Positions 1-9,623 of a DNA stretch of 64,000 nucleotides are shown piece by piece (position 1 is the stretch's first letter; every line of letters begins with the position of its first letter). The stretch comes from Candidatus Nanoarchaeia archaeon. Its GTDB lineage: Archaea; Nanobdellota; Nanobdellia; Pacearchaeales; GW2011-AR1. The stretch lies in NCBI GenBank assembly GCA_028713045.1, contig JAQTOY010000001.1, positions 1,523 to 65,522 of the forward strand. The letters run 5' to 3'. Made by a program: the position numbers and the translations under genes. The notes beneath the pieces were generated by a model that was not told where the DNA came from, ran no database searches, and worked only from the letters and a program-made list of their open reading frames with translations.

Positions 1-60
1 CATATCAAAATTAAATTTAAATAATCCGCTTTACTAATAGTATTAAGAAAAAGAGGAAAA

Positions 61-345
61 ATGGCAATTTCAGAAAAAAAATATGACATGTTTGTAATCT
101 CCTGGGTTGTTGTCTTATTGTTATTGTTATTGTTTTTTGGTTCTTTTAGTTTTATTAAGGAAATGAAAAAGAACAATGCCATAACCGGTTTTGTAACATC
201 CGGAGATACAAATCAAACCAAGCCTCAAGAAGTCTATTCAATAAAATCCTATACCATCTTTTATCTCAGCGTGATTTTCTTGATAATAGCAGTTGCAATC
301 ATCTCTTTGATATTGATTGTTCCTAAGATAAAGAAATATACTTGA
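61..345 (+). CDS. small hydrophobic protein, hypothetical
   Basis: 94-aa ORF with two poly-Leu/Ile hydrophobic segments; no recognisable motif. Confidence 0.3.
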   Translation: MAISEKKYDMFVISWVVVLLLLLLFFGSFSFIKEMKKNNAITGFVTSGDTNQTKPQEVYSIKSYTIFYLSVIFLIIAVAIISLILIVPKIKKYT

Positions 346-374
346 AAATTTTTTATGTAAATATCATTTCTGCA

Positions 375-1067
375 TTAAGGATTCTCGCTAGCCAACTCTT
401 TTCTTACTTCTCTTGCATATTTTCCTGCAAGATGCATTGGCTCTGGCTTTTTATGTGGAAGATGAATTAATTGCTTTGATAATTCGTAAGAGCTTTCAAC
501 CGAAATTAAACTTCCAGGGCTGATATACATAGGATTACTTTCGGGCTTGCTTTTCAAAAGTTTTCCTACTTTTTTTCCATCTTTTAAGATATCTTCATCT
601 TTAATCTCGCAATCAATAAAAGAATCAGAAACCCCTATGCTAGGAACCCCGGTTGACAAGCTAAAATGACTGGCCAATCCTAATCTTGGGTGTATGATTC
701 CCTGACCCGGAACAAAGACAACGTCGGGTTTTTCATGTAGATTATTGAATGCAATAATCATTGCAGGAAGCTCACGATAACTTCTAAATCCAGGAACATA
801 CGGAAATCTTACTTTCTCAAAGGCATAGGCTCGGTCTATAATCTCAAAATTTTTATCACAAACAATAATACAAGACAGCAATTTATTGTTTATAAAAATA
901 TTATCGAAAGCTCCGAACCGGTCCGATAGAGAGAAATCTATCTTGTTTTTTATTGAAAGTTCTTTTGCAAGTTTCAACTGCTCTTTTTCTAGCTTGTCAA
1001 AATCAATCCCATATTTAGCAGCTAAATCTTGTTTTCTAGTTTTAATGTCGTGATTTTCTTTTTCCAT
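375..1067 (-). CDS. nfi: endonuclease V (deoxyinosine 3' endonuclease)
   Basis: Motifs FPYVPGFRSYRELP and HPRLGLASHFS are typical of the EndoV family; 230 aa. Confidence 0.75.
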   Translation of the reverse strand: MEKENHDIKTRKQDLAAKYGIDFDKLEKEQLKLAKELSIKNKIDFSLSDRFGAFDNIFINNKLLSCIIVCDKNFEIIDRAYAFEKVRFPYVPGFRSYRELPAMIIAFNNLHEKPDVVFVPGQGIIHPRLGLASHFSLSTGVPSIGVSDSFIDCEIKDEDILKDGKKVGKLLKSKPESNPMYISPGSLISVESSYELSKQLIHLPHKKPEPMHLAGKYAREVRKELASENP

Positions 1068-1436
1068 ATTTAAACCTCTTTGTATTTTACTAAAAATTAT
1101 ATATATTTTTAGAATACTTATGGTTTAAAAAGCTTTTTGATTACTTTATTTGAAATTTATTCTGCTTTCAGCAAGCCTAAATTTCTTTTATTATCATTAG
1201 TGTAAGTATAAAATAAGGCGGGGAGAGTGAATATGATTAGGATTATACAATTCAAGCAAAAAACTTTTAACTCTCTTCTTACTTTTTCAATTTAATCTTA
1301 ACAATTAAGAAGAAATTTTGCATTGCCAAAGGCATGTAAAATTTTAATACATTTAAAAATCCGATTATTCTTTCACGCAAAATTAATTAAAAAATTATCC
1401 AAAAGATATTTAAATCAATTTTTACTTAAAAAAAAT

Positions 1437-2075
1437 ATGTTTAAGAAAAAATGTGGTAGATGTGGTGAAAAAATAAATAAAAATTTTGATTTTTGTCCTG
1501 TCTGTGGTTCCGATCAAAAATCCAAAAATTATAAGGAGGATTTTGGATTATTGGGTAAAAGTGATATTCCAGATGAACCTTTGTTTAGAACGGGAAATTC
1601 TTTTATGGAAAAAATGTTTGAAACCGCATTCAAAGTTTTGGAAAAGCAAATGAAGAACATCCCAAATGATTCTATGAATCCTCCAGCAACTTCACTTCCT
1701 AACAACATGCATATACAATTTTTCGTGAATGGAAAAAGAGTCCTTCCGGATAATTTCAACAATAAGCAGGCAAAGCCGATTGTCAAAAAAATAAAAAATG
1801 TTATTTCTGAAGATAGATTGAGTGAAATCTCAAAACTTCCAAGAGAAGAACCTTCTTCGAAATTAAAAAGAATGTCCGGAAAAATTATATATGAATTTAA
1901 TGTTCCAGGAGTCAGAAATATAGAGGATATAATAATAAATAAACTGGAAAATTCTGTTGAAATAAAGGCCCTTGCAGAAAACAAAGTATATTCTAAAACT
2001 TTGAACATCAAACTTCCGGTTCTGGGCTATAAATTGGTAAATGGAAATCTTAGTGTTGAATTCTTAGGGCAATAA
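1437..2075 (+). CDS. zinc-ribbon fused to Hsp20/alpha-crystallin-like domain protein
   Basis: N-terminal CGRCG...CPVCG zinc ribbon; C-terminal block (IIYEFNVPGV...IKALAEN...LNIKLP...) resembles the alpha-crystallin fold; the ORF-track start at 1323 reads through AT-rich upstream, so the likely start is the ATG at 1437. Confidence 0.55.
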   Translation: MFKKKCGRCGEKINKNFDFCPVCGSDQKSKNYKEDFGLLGKSDIPDEPLFRTGNSFMEKMFETAFKVLEKQMKNIPNDSMNPPATSLPNNMHIQFFVNGKRVLPDNFNNKQAKPIVKKIKNVISEDRLSEISKLPREEPSSKLKRMSGKIIYEFNVPGVRNIEDIIINKLENSVEIKALAENKVYSKTLNIKLPVLGYKLVNGNLSVEFLGQ

Positions 2076-2179
2076 TCTCTAGAAATTTTTAAAGATAATT
2101 TGCTTAATTTTATAATTAATGTTTATGCAGGATTTAAGAGTAAGTAAGATTGGAACACTAAATAATCCTTTGAAAAAAT

Positions 2180-2205
2180 ATTAAAAATTAAATGAGGCTG
2201 CCAAG
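2180..2205. repeat. direct repeat of the tRNA-Ile 3' end plus flank (copy 1)
   Basis: attaaaaattaaatgaggctgccaag is identical to 2282-2307, which spans the T-stem 3' strand, acceptor 3' strand and 13 nt of flank of the tRNA-Ile gene. Confidence 0.7.
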
Positions 2206-2294
2206 CCCTCAAGAATCTATATTCGATTCTTGGTGACTTAAACTCTCCTCTATCGAGTTTAAGTATTTGAAAAATCTTGGCATTAAAAATTAAA

Positions 2295-2403
2295 TGAGGC
2301 TGCCAAGATTTGAACTTGGGACCCCGGCCTTTCTGAATTAAGATTCAAATTGAACCTATATTTATATCAGAGCCGTGCTCTAACCGGGCTGAGCTACAGC
2401 CTC
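2295..2403 (-). tRNA. tRNA-Ile(GAT) with ~36-nt intron at canonical position 37/38
   Basis: Reverse complement folds as acceptor gaggctg/cagcctc, D-arm gctc..gagc, anticodon stem cggct/ggccg with loop ctGATa[intron]a, T-arm ccaag-ttcaaat-cttgg, discriminator a; no encoded CCA. Confidence 0.8.
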
Positions 2404-2514
2404 ATTATTAATATTTAATAAAATGCTTATTTAAAACTTTCTTTAAAATAAATTTTGTATTTAATTATTTTGATTTATCACAACCTTTAAAAAGCAATTT
2501 TATTTAATGAAATC

Positions 2515-3087
2515 ATGGTACAAGGACTTTATCATCATCTAAGGCAGGCATGGAGGAATCCAGATTCAATAAGACTCAGAGAACTCATGACTAAATGGCG
2601 TTCTGAACCCGTAGTTTTTAAAATTGAAAAACCGACAAGATTGGATAAGGCAAGAGCCCTTGGTTATAAGGCAAAAAAGGGTTTTGTGATGGTTAGAGTA
2701 AGAGTTAAAAGAGGAGGAAAACAAAGAGAGAGAACAAACAAAGCAAGAAAGCCTAAAAAACATACAATAAGGCTGATTCTTAAAATGAATTATAGATGGG
2801 TAGCTGAACAAAGGGTTCAAAAGTACTTTCCAAATCTGGAAGTTCTTAATAGCTATCCCGTTGGAAAAGATGGAAAGTATTATTTTTTTGAAGTCATAAT
2901 GGTTGATTATTCGAAACCAGAAATAATCAATGATAGGACCATAAACTGGATTTGTAGTCCCTCAAACAGGAATCGTGTTTTTAGGGGATTAACTTCTGCT
3001 GCAAAGAAATCCAGAGGACTTAGAAAAAAATCAAGGAACATGAAAGTACGTCCTAGTCTAAGAGCTTGGAATAGATTGGGGAAATAA
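2515..3087 (+). CDS. rpl15e: 50S ribosomal protein L15e
   Basis: Strong similarity to the L15e family (RLDKARALGYKAKKGFVMVRVRVKRGG, LNSYPVGKDGKYYFFEVIMVD). Confidence 0.9.
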   Translation: MVQGLYHHLRQAWRNPDSIRLRELMTKWRSEPVVFKIEKPTRLDKARALGYKAKKGFVMVRVRVKRGGKQRERTNKARKPKKHTIRLILKMNYRWVAEQRVQKYFPNLEVLNSYPVGKDGKYYFFEVIMVDYSKPEIINDRTINWICSPSNRNRVFRGLTSAAKKSRGLRKKSRNMKVRPSLRAWNRLGK

Positions 3088-3141
3088 AAAGATATTTCTT
3101 AATGACAAAATTCTTTTAAATAATATTCTGAAAATATTATC

Positions 3142-3705
3142 ATGTTATTAGTGCCTAGCTCTAGAACTTTAGAACTGATTGGTTGGGATGAAAACTCCTT
3201 TTGTAAATGGACAGAGATTCAAGTTGATGGTTTTTCCCCTGTAGCAAGGGAATTAGGATTTATTTCCCATGTAGCGGGATATGTGTTGGGATTACCAGAA
3301 TTTTATAGCACCGTGCATAGGATAATTTTGAATGAACAATTTATGAAGAGACATCATTTTGATTTAGTAAATGATGCTCTTAGAAATGCTTTGGAACATG
3401 GTTCAGTTGAAACAGGTAAAAATACTCCCTATTGTCATGGAGTATTTTTTGGAAGTAAAGGGATATGTAATGGATTTCAGGATCAAGGAGGTTATTATAA
3501 AAGACCAGAAATAAAAAGAATATTTGAAGCAAAAAACTGGCGACTTCTGCAAGACTTGCAACCAAGAATAGGGTATGGAGTTCAATTTATTTGTGATCTT
3601 TCAGATTTAGTTGAAGTTGATACAGAAAAAGGTATTCTTTATTGCAGTCAATTAATAAAACCCGAACATATTGAAAGAAGAATTGAAAGGGATAAGAAGG
3701 ATTAA
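3142..3705 (+). CDS. hypothetical protein (possible HEPN-like Rx4H motif)
   Basis: 187 aa; LRNALEHG contains an R-x4-H arrangement; amino-acid composition is less K/I/N-rich than the host. Confidence 0.35.
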   Translation: MLLVPSSRTLELIGWDENSFCKWTEIQVDGFSPVARELGFISHVAGYVLGLPEFYSTVHRIILNEQFMKRHHFDLVNDALRNALEHGSVETGKNTPYCHGVFFGSKGICNGFQDQGGYYKRPEIKRIFEAKNWRLLQDLQPRIGYGVQFICDLSDLVEVDTEKGILYCSQLIKPEHIERRIERDKKD

Positions 3706-3763
3706 TAAAACTTTTAATTATTTTTACAATAATTAATATATACTCTAAAGTTCAGTTTTTTTA

Positions 3764-4114
3764 ATGAAAAGAAATAATGCCAAGACTAGATTGTTTGTTA
3801 ATCTAAGAACAATTTATTTTGAACAGTTTAGAAATAGAACTAAACGTTATGAAATAAGGTCTTATGGTAAAGGTTTTAATGAAAAGTATGTTTATACAGA
3901 CAGAGATGTTGAATTAAGAAATGCCTGGAATAGGGGCTCTTTATTTGGAACAATTGGCGAGGTTGTTATAGGATCTCTTGATAATATTTTAGATAAAGTT
4001 GATTATAGGTTAATACTTTCTGAAAGTAATTCAAGAGAAGATGCGAAAAGAACCATTACAGAGATTCTTGGAACTTGTGACAAATATGTTGCTTTTGAAG
4101 TTATATTGGATTAA
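3764..4114 (+). CDS. hypothetical protein
   Basis: 116-aa ORF with no recognisable domain. Confidence 0.35.
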   Translation: MKRNNAKTRLFVNLRTIYFEQFRNRTKRYEIRSYGKGFNEKYVYTDRDVELRNAWNRGSLFGTIGEVVIGSLDNILDKVDYRLILSESNSREDAKRTITEILGTCDKYVAFEVILD

Positions 4115-4161
4115 TCTTGAAGCTAATTTTGATTAATATTTTTTCCTTTAATTTTTAAGCT

Positions 4162-4638
4162 TCAACAGTTTTCCGTTAAGTCTAGTTTTGATAAGGCATA
4201 TCTTTGAAAAACTTCACCTAAATCATGAACTTTTGCATAATCTTGAACTATTTGTGCATTTATTACAACTTCATCCACTGAAGTTCCATGCCTTTGTGAC
4301 TCAAATCTTCTTAATTCTCCTTCAAAAGGATTCTCACCATCATCATCTTTGGAGTCTTCGGCGAATAATGCACCAAAAAAATAAGTAGTTATCCATGTTT
4401 CTCTATCTGCAATTCCATGTTCTCTGCGAGCATCATTGAACAAATAGCTATCCATGCTCTTTGAATTAGAATTTTCTGGAACAGATCCCCTTTCCCTAAG
4501 AGAATATGCTCTTGCTATAAGATAATCAACTGTCGCTGGGACGCCTACGTCATAACCTAGTTGTTGACTATGAAGATGTTTTTCATCACGAATCCAACGA
4601 AAAATCCTATCATAATGCACTCCGAGTTTGTCATTCAT
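4162..4638 (-). CDS. hypothetical protein (acidic, GC-richer)
   Basis: 158-aa ORF whose composition (R/G/D/E-rich) differs from its neighbours. Confidence 0.4.
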   Translation of the reverse strand: MNDKLGVHYDRIFRWIRDEKHLHSQQLGYDVGVPATVDYLIARAYSLRERGSVPENSNSKSMDSYLFNDARREHGIADRETWITTYFFGALFAEDSKDDDGENPFEGELRRFESQRHGTSVDEVVINAQIVQDYAKVHDLGEVFQRYALSKLDLTENC

Positions 4639-4794
4639 TTAATTAATTATCTCAAATAATTTTTAAAGATTATTGCATCTAAAAATATATTTAAAAATCT
4701 TTGTCTATCTTATAAAAATAGAATCAATTTTTTCTTCATAATAACCTTTAATAACTTCTATTTTTTATTATGAATGTAAAAAGAAGGTTGATAA

Positions 4795-6504
4795 ATGTTA
4801 TATAAAGAACTTTGTGAAGTTTATGAGGAGCTTGAAAAAAATCCTTCTAGACTGAAAAAGACTGAGATTTTAGCTAATTTTTTGAAAAAGCTGAAACATG
4901 AGAAGCATCTGGAAATTATTTATCTTTTGCAGGGAAAGACTTTTCCAGATTATTCTGAAAAAGAGTTTGGAATCTCAGAGCAGTTATGTATAAAGGCTCT
5001 AGAAAAATCTTCTGGAATTTCAGCAAAAGATATTGTATTAAAATGGAAAAAGTATGGAGATTTGGGATTGGTTGCGGAAAATGTTATATGGGGCAAAAAA
5101 CAAAACACGCTTTTTTCAAAAAGACTTACAACTGAAAAAATTTTAGAGAATTTAAAAAAACTTCCAGAATTGGTTGGAAAAGGCACTGTTGATAAAAAAC
5201 TTGCCTTAATTTCAGAATTATTGACAAGCGCTTCTGGAATTGAAGCCAAGTACATTATAAGGACTTTGTTAAATGATTTAAGGATAGGTGTTGCATCAGG
5301 AACAATAAGAGACGCTATTGTTGAAGCAGTTTTGGAAAAAAATAATGAGAACCTTGAAGCAGTCCAGCAATCATACGATAAAGCAAATGATTTTGCTCTT
5401 GTTTTTGAAAAAGCCATTAAAGGAATAAAAGAACTTCATAAAACAGAATTGGTTCCAGGACATCCATTAAAGGTTATGCTTGCTTTGAAAGCAGAAAGCA
5501 TTGCAGATGGTTTTGAAAGGGTTGGAAAGCCGGCATGTTTTGAGTATAAATACGATGGATTCAGGATGCTTATCAATAAGGATGAAAAAGGGAATATTAA
5601 GATTTTTACAAGAAGACTTGATGAAGTTACAAAACAGTTCCCCGATGTTGTAAAGTACATCAAGGAGAATATAAAAGCAAAATCTTTTATAATAGATTCT
5701 GAATCCGTAGGCTATGATCCAAAAACTAAAAGATACAAGCAATTCCAGGATATTTCTCAAAGAATAAGAAGAAAATATGACATTGACAAATTGATAAAAG
5801 AGCTTCCTGTCGAAATCAATGCATTTGATATTTTATATCTAAACGGAAAATCTCTGATAGAAGAGCCTTTTGAAAAAAGAAGCAAATTATTAAGGGGAAT
5901 AATTGATAATAAAAAATATCATCTGCAGGCAGCAGAACAATTAATAACTTCTGATGAAAAAGAAGCGGAAAAGTTTTACAAACAGGCATTGAAGGATAAT
6001 CAGGAAGGCGTGATGATAAAAAATCTTAATTCTAAATACCAGCCCGGAGCAAGAGTCGGGCATATGCTAAAACTTAAGCCTGTTGAAAATGAATTTGATT
6101 TAGTGATAACCGGTGCTGAATATGGAACAGGAAAAAGAGCGGGAATACTTTCATCTTATACTCTTTCATGCAGGAATGAAAAGACTGGAGAGCTTTTGGA
6201 AATAGGAAAAGCCTCAACAGGATTAAAGGAAAAAGAGGAAATGGGATTGTCTTATACTGAAATAACAAAAAAAATCAAGCCACTGATAACATCAGAGCAT
6301 GGAAGGGAAGTAAAAGTTAAACCAAAGATTGTTGTAACTATTATTTTCCAGAACATTCAAAGGAGCCCGACCTATGAGTCTGGATTCGCATTACGATTTC
6401 CAAGGGTAACTGCTTTAAGACCAGATAGGACTGTTCATGATATTGCAACATTGAAAGAAATTGAAGATGAATATAAGAGGATGGAGTTGAAGATACATTA
6501 CTGA
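4795..6504 (+). CDS. lig: ATP-dependent DNA ligase
   Basis: Adenylation motif I EYKYDGFRM (KxDG), 569 aa, archaeal/eukaryotic ligase architecture; SD-like gaaggttga sits upstream. Confidence 0.9.
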   Translation: MLYKELCEVYEELEKNPSRLKKTEILANFLKKLKHEKHLEIIYLLQGKTFPDYSEKEFGISEQLCIKALEKSSGISAKDIVLKWKKYGDLGLVAENVIWGKKQNTLFSKRLTTEKILENLKKLPELVGKGTVDKKLALISELLTSASGIEAKYIIRTLLNDLRIGVASGTIRDAIVEAVLEKNNENLEAVQQSYDKANDFALVFEKAIKGIKELHKTELVPGHPLKVMLALKAESIADGFERVGKPACFEYKYDGFRMLINKDEKGNIKIFTRRLDEVTKQFPDVVKYIKENIKAKSFIIDSESVGYDPKTKRYKQFQDISQRIRRKYDIDKLIKELPVEINAFDILYLNGKSLIEEPFEKRSKLLRGIIDNKKYHLQAAEQLITSDEKEAEKFYKQALKDNQEGVMIKNLNSKYQPGARVGHMLKLKPVENEFDLVITGAEYGTGKRAGILSSYTLSCRNEKTGELLEIGKASTGLKEKEEMGLSYTEITKKIKPLITSEHGREVKVKPKIVVTIIFQNIQRSPTYESGFALRFPRVTALRPDRTVHDIATLKEIEDEYKRMELKIHY

Positions 6505-6585
6505 AAACTAAATCCTAAATTCTTACCATTTTTAAGCTCTAATCCTTCTCCTCGAGAAAAATACAAAGCTTTATAAAGGCAAAAG

Positions 6586-6598
6586 CTTTATAAATGCT
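6586..6598 (+). promoter_or_regulatory. TATA-box-like element upstream of tbp (tandem aaagctttataaa motif)
   Basis: aaagctttataaa occurs twice (about 6566-6579 and 6585-6598); the second copy lies about 30-40 nt upstream of the TBP ATG. Confidence 0.35.
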
Positions 6599-6626
6599 AT
6601 AACTATAACCATCTTCTAAAACAACA

Positions 6627-7199
6627 ATGGCTAAGAAAACATCAGCGAGCTCTAAGGGTTCTTTAAAAATACAGAATATAGTAGCAACGACTTCTCTTGG
6701 AAAGGATGTTCCTTTGACTAAATTGGCCAAAACTATAGCTAATACAGAATACAATCCCGAGCAGTTTCCAGGCTTGGTCTTAAGGATTAAACAGCCAAAA
6801 TCTGCAGTTCTAGTATTTTCATCTGGGAACCTTGTATGCACTGGAACAAAATCAATAGCTCAGGTCAAGGAAGTGATTGAACAGGTTATCAAAACATTAA
6901 GAAAAATCAATGTAGAGATAACAGACAAGCCAAAAATAACTGTCCAGAACATAGTTGCCTCTGGAAACATAAATATGATGCTAAATTTAAACTATCTTGC
7001 ACTAGAATTAACAAATACAGAATATGAGCCGGAACAGTTTCCAGGATTAGTGTATAAGTTAATAGAGCCCAATGCTACTTTCCTTTTGTTTTCAAATGGA
7101 AAATTAGTATGCACAGGAACGAAAAACAATCAGCAATTGGAAGATTCTATGGATCAGCTGATTAAAACTTTGAAGCAGGCTGAAAAAAACAAGGAATAG
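6627..7199 (+). CDS. tbp: TATA-box binding protein
   Basis: Two TBP repeats (NIVATTSLG...EQFPGLVLR / NIVASGNIN...EQFPGLVYK). Confidence 0.95.
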   Translation: MAKKTSASSKGSLKIQNIVATTSLGKDVPLTKLAKTIANTEYNPEQFPGLVLRIKQPKSAVLVFSSGNLVCTGTKSIAQVKEVIEQVIKTLRKINVEITDKPKITVQNIVASGNINMMLNLNYLALELTNTEYEPEQFPGLVYKLIEPNATFLLFSNGKLVCTGTKNNQQLEDSMDQLIKTLKQAEKNKE

Positions 7200-7229
7200 T
7201 ATTAAAAACCTGATTGTTCTAGTAAAATT

Positions 7230-7892
7230 ATGAATTCCGAGAGTATTTATGGAATAATAAGATTAAAATCTAGACAATTGGCTAAAGACATCGGGGAATA
7301 TAAATTTTATATTTTTTTAAGCTTGATTTTTCTTGTTGTTTCATTGATGCTTAATTTTTTTGCTGGAAGATATACGACTAAGGTGGGGAATGCGGTAAGT
7401 GGAGACATTATTTTAGATAACATACCGGTTTTTAATTTAAGTTTTTTTTATAGTTGGGGGGCAACGATCATTATTTTGATAATGATTTTTTATATTATAT
7501 TTTTTAGAACAAACAAATTTCATTTGTATATTGCTCATTTTTCTCTGTTGATTTTAGTTAGGAGTTTTGCAACTTGTTTGACTCATCTGAAAGTCCCAAC
7601 AGATACTGTTTATGTCTATTCAAACCTGCCTTTTCTTTTAAGATATTTTTCCTTTCAGAACGACTTGTTTTTTTCAGGGCATGTTGCTTTAAGCTTTATT
7701 GGCTTTCTTTTTTTTAAAGATTCAAAAATAAGGTGGTTTTTTTTATTAGGTTCAATCCTAATGGCAGTTACTGTTCTTTTAATGCACGCCCATTATTCAA
7801 TCGATGTGTTCAGCGCTTATTTCATCACCTATGGAACCTTTGTTTTAGGTGAAAAACTTTTTGGAAGGATATTTAAGAAAAAATCTTTTTAG
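7230..7892 (+). CDS. PAP2-like (acid phosphatase/sphingomyelin-synthase-like) integral membrane protein
   Basis: Multiple TM segments; the FFSGHVA and HAHYSIDVF motifs resemble the PAP2 C2/C3 motifs. Confidence 0.45.
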   Translation: MNSESIYGIIRLKSRQLAKDIGEYKFYIFLSLIFLVVSLMLNFFAGRYTTKVGNAVSGDIILDNIPVFNLSFFYSWGATIIILIMIFYIIFFRTNKFHLYIAHFSLLILVRSFATCLTHLKVPTDTVYVYSNLPFLLRYFSFQNDLFFSGHVALSFIGFLFFKDSKIRWFFLLGSILMAVTVLLMHAHYSIDVFSAYFITYGTFVLGEKLFGRIFKKKSF

Positions 7893-8653
7893 ATTTCAAT
7901 TTTAGAAAAAAGATAACTTCCTATTGATAGGATGATTAAAGAAACTATTAAAAGAATAAAAAAATCCATAAAAATTCCAAGACTAGAAATTCCGGTTAAA
8001 CATGCCCTTATGCCATCAACACCATAAGAAAGAGGATTTATTTTTGTTACTATCTTTAAAGCTTCTGGCAAGCTTTCTATTGGGAAAAGCGCTCCCGATA
8101 AGAAGAAAAGCGGCATTATTATAAAATTCATTATTAATTGAAAGCCTTGCATATCTTCAAGTCTTGAAGCAATTGCAGTTCCAAGGGCTGTAAAGAGAAC
8201 AGCAATCAAAAACATGAATATAAAAGATATTAAAATCATTGACAAGTTTACAGGCCTAAATCCTATAAGAAGGGAGATGATAAAAACAATTATTCCCTGA
8301 ATTAGTGCAACAGTTGCACCCCCTAAAGTTCTTCCTAGCATTATGCTGTATCTTGAGACTGGAGCAACTAAAGTTTCCTTTAAAAAACCAAATTGCCTGT
8401 CCCATATTATCTCTATCCCATTGAACATTGCAGTGAATAAAATGCTCATAGCAATTATTCCTGGAGCTAAAAATTCCAGGTAACTTCCTCCGCCTGCTTT
8501 TTGGAATATAGGGCCAAAGCCAAATCCTAATGCAACTAAAAATAATATCGGCTGTGCTAAACTACCGACTATTCTTGCTTTGCTTCTCCAGTACCTTTTC
8601 AATTGTCTTAACCACATTATGTATAAAGGAGAATTCATCTTCTTCCCCCCCAT
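7889..8653 (-). CDS. ABC-2 type transporter permease
   Basis: Six-TM profile, overlaps the upstream ATPase gene, ABC-2 family-like. Confidence 0.7.
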   Translation of the reverse strand: MGGKKMNSPLYIMWLRQLKRYWRSKARIVGSLAQPILFLVALGFGFGPIFQKAGGGSYLEFLAPGIIAMSILFTAMFNGIEIIWDRQFGFLKETLVAPVSRYSIMLGRTLGGATVALIQGIIVFIISLLIGFRPVNLSMILISFIFMFLIAVLFTALGTAIASRLEDMQGFQLIMNFIIMPLFFLSGALFPIESLPEALKIVTKINPLSYGVDGIRACLTGISSLGIFMDFFILLIVSLIILSIGSYLFSKIEI

Positions 8654-9441
8654 ACCCTGCGCCCCATTCTCATATGATCCTTGGCTGTTGCATGTTCTTC
8701 TCTTATTACATGACCGGTCAATTTAAGGAATGCCTCTTCCAAAGAACTGGAATTTGTCTGTTTTTTTATTTCATTAGAAGTCCCTATTTTAACTATTTCT
8801 CCATGGTCTATGATTGCTATTTTATTTGAAATTCTTTCAGCTTCATCCATATAATGGGTTGTTAAAAAAACGGTCATTTTCTCTTTTTTATTCATTTCAA
8901 CTATATACTTCCATAAAAAATTTCTTGTCTGAGGATCTAATCCTATAGTGGGCTCATCCAAAAATAAAATCTTAGGATGATGTATCAATCCCCTAGCGAT
9001 TTCTAGTCTTCTTTTCATTCCTCCAGAAAAATGTTTTACTTGCTCATCTTTTCTGGCCCAAAGTTCAACTAAGTTTAATAATTCTTCAATTCTTTTTTTT
9101 CTTATTTCTTTATTTATTCCATAAAAAATAGCATGGAATTCCATATTTTCATAAGCCGTTAATTCATCATCTAGACTGGGATCCTGAAAAACTATTCCAA
9201 AAGAATGTCTTACTCTATCTGTATCTTCAACTGGAGAAAAACCATTAATTTTTACTTCTCCTAAAGTGGGCTGCAATAGGGTTGTAAGAATCTTTATGGT
9301 TGTTGTTTTTCCAGCACCGTTTGGCCCAAGAAAAGCAAAGATTTTTCCTTCTTCAACATCAAAAGAAATATTATTGACTGCAATGAAATCACCAAATTTT
9401 TTTACGAGATTCTTGACTTCAATAATCTTTTTATTATCCAT
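8635..9441 (-). CDS. ABC transporter ATP-binding protein
   Basis: Walker A GPNGAGKTT, signature LSGGMKRRLEIA, Walker B ILFLDEPT; likely start at MDNKKIIEV (ATG 9441) rather than the ORF-track start. Confidence 0.85.
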   Translation of the reverse strand: MDNKKIIEVKNLVKKFGDFIAVNNISFDVEEGKIFAFLGPNGAGKTTTIKILTTLLQPTLGEVKINGFSPVEDTDRVRHSFGIVFQDPSLDDELTAYENMEFHAIFYGINKEIRKKRIEELLNLVELWARKDEQVKHFSGGMKRRLEIARGLIHHPKILFLDEPTIGLDPQTRNFLWKYIVEMNKKEKMTVFLTTHYMDEAERISNKIAIIDHGEIVKIGTSNEIKKQTNSSSLEEAFLKLTGHVIREEHATAKDHMRMGRRVWGGRR

Positions 9442-9557
9442 GGAGTAGAAATAGGATTTTAAGTGTATAAATAGATTTCTTTTTGACAAACAACTTAAAA
9501 GTAATAACCACATTTTAAATACGTATTCTAATTTATATCAACCCTATAGATAAATAC

Positions 9558-9570
9558 TTATAAATAAAAA
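9558..9570 (+). promoter_or_regulatory. TATA-like element upstream of mcm
   Basis: cttataaataaaaa lies ~55 nt upstream of the MCM ATG; SD-like aggtgag sits 8-14 nt upstream of the ATG. Confidence 0.3.
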
Positions 9571-9623
9571 TACTTTTTTTAGTGTGCAAAACACAGAGGT
9601 TGAGAAAAAGGTGAGTTTGTAAA

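Noticed and set aside
1323-1436. Long N-terminal extensions from the ORF track (also 9442-9513, 54933-55019, 57313-57525)
   Set aside because: The upstream portions are AT-rich read-through lacking an SD; conserved domains begin at the internal ATGs, which have better contexts
1529-2011. Antisense ORFs embedded in strong genes (also 4950-5417, 10043-10261, 30830-31585, 39493-40026, 60083-60863 and similar)
   Set aside because: They overlap well-supported genes on the opposite strand and have low-complexity translations typical of AT-rich antisense frames
6660-7150. Internal direct repeat within tbp (gaatacaatcccgagcagtttccagg... / gaatatgagccggaacagtttccagg...)
   Set aside because: It reflects the two-fold TBP domain duplication, not a mobile repeat
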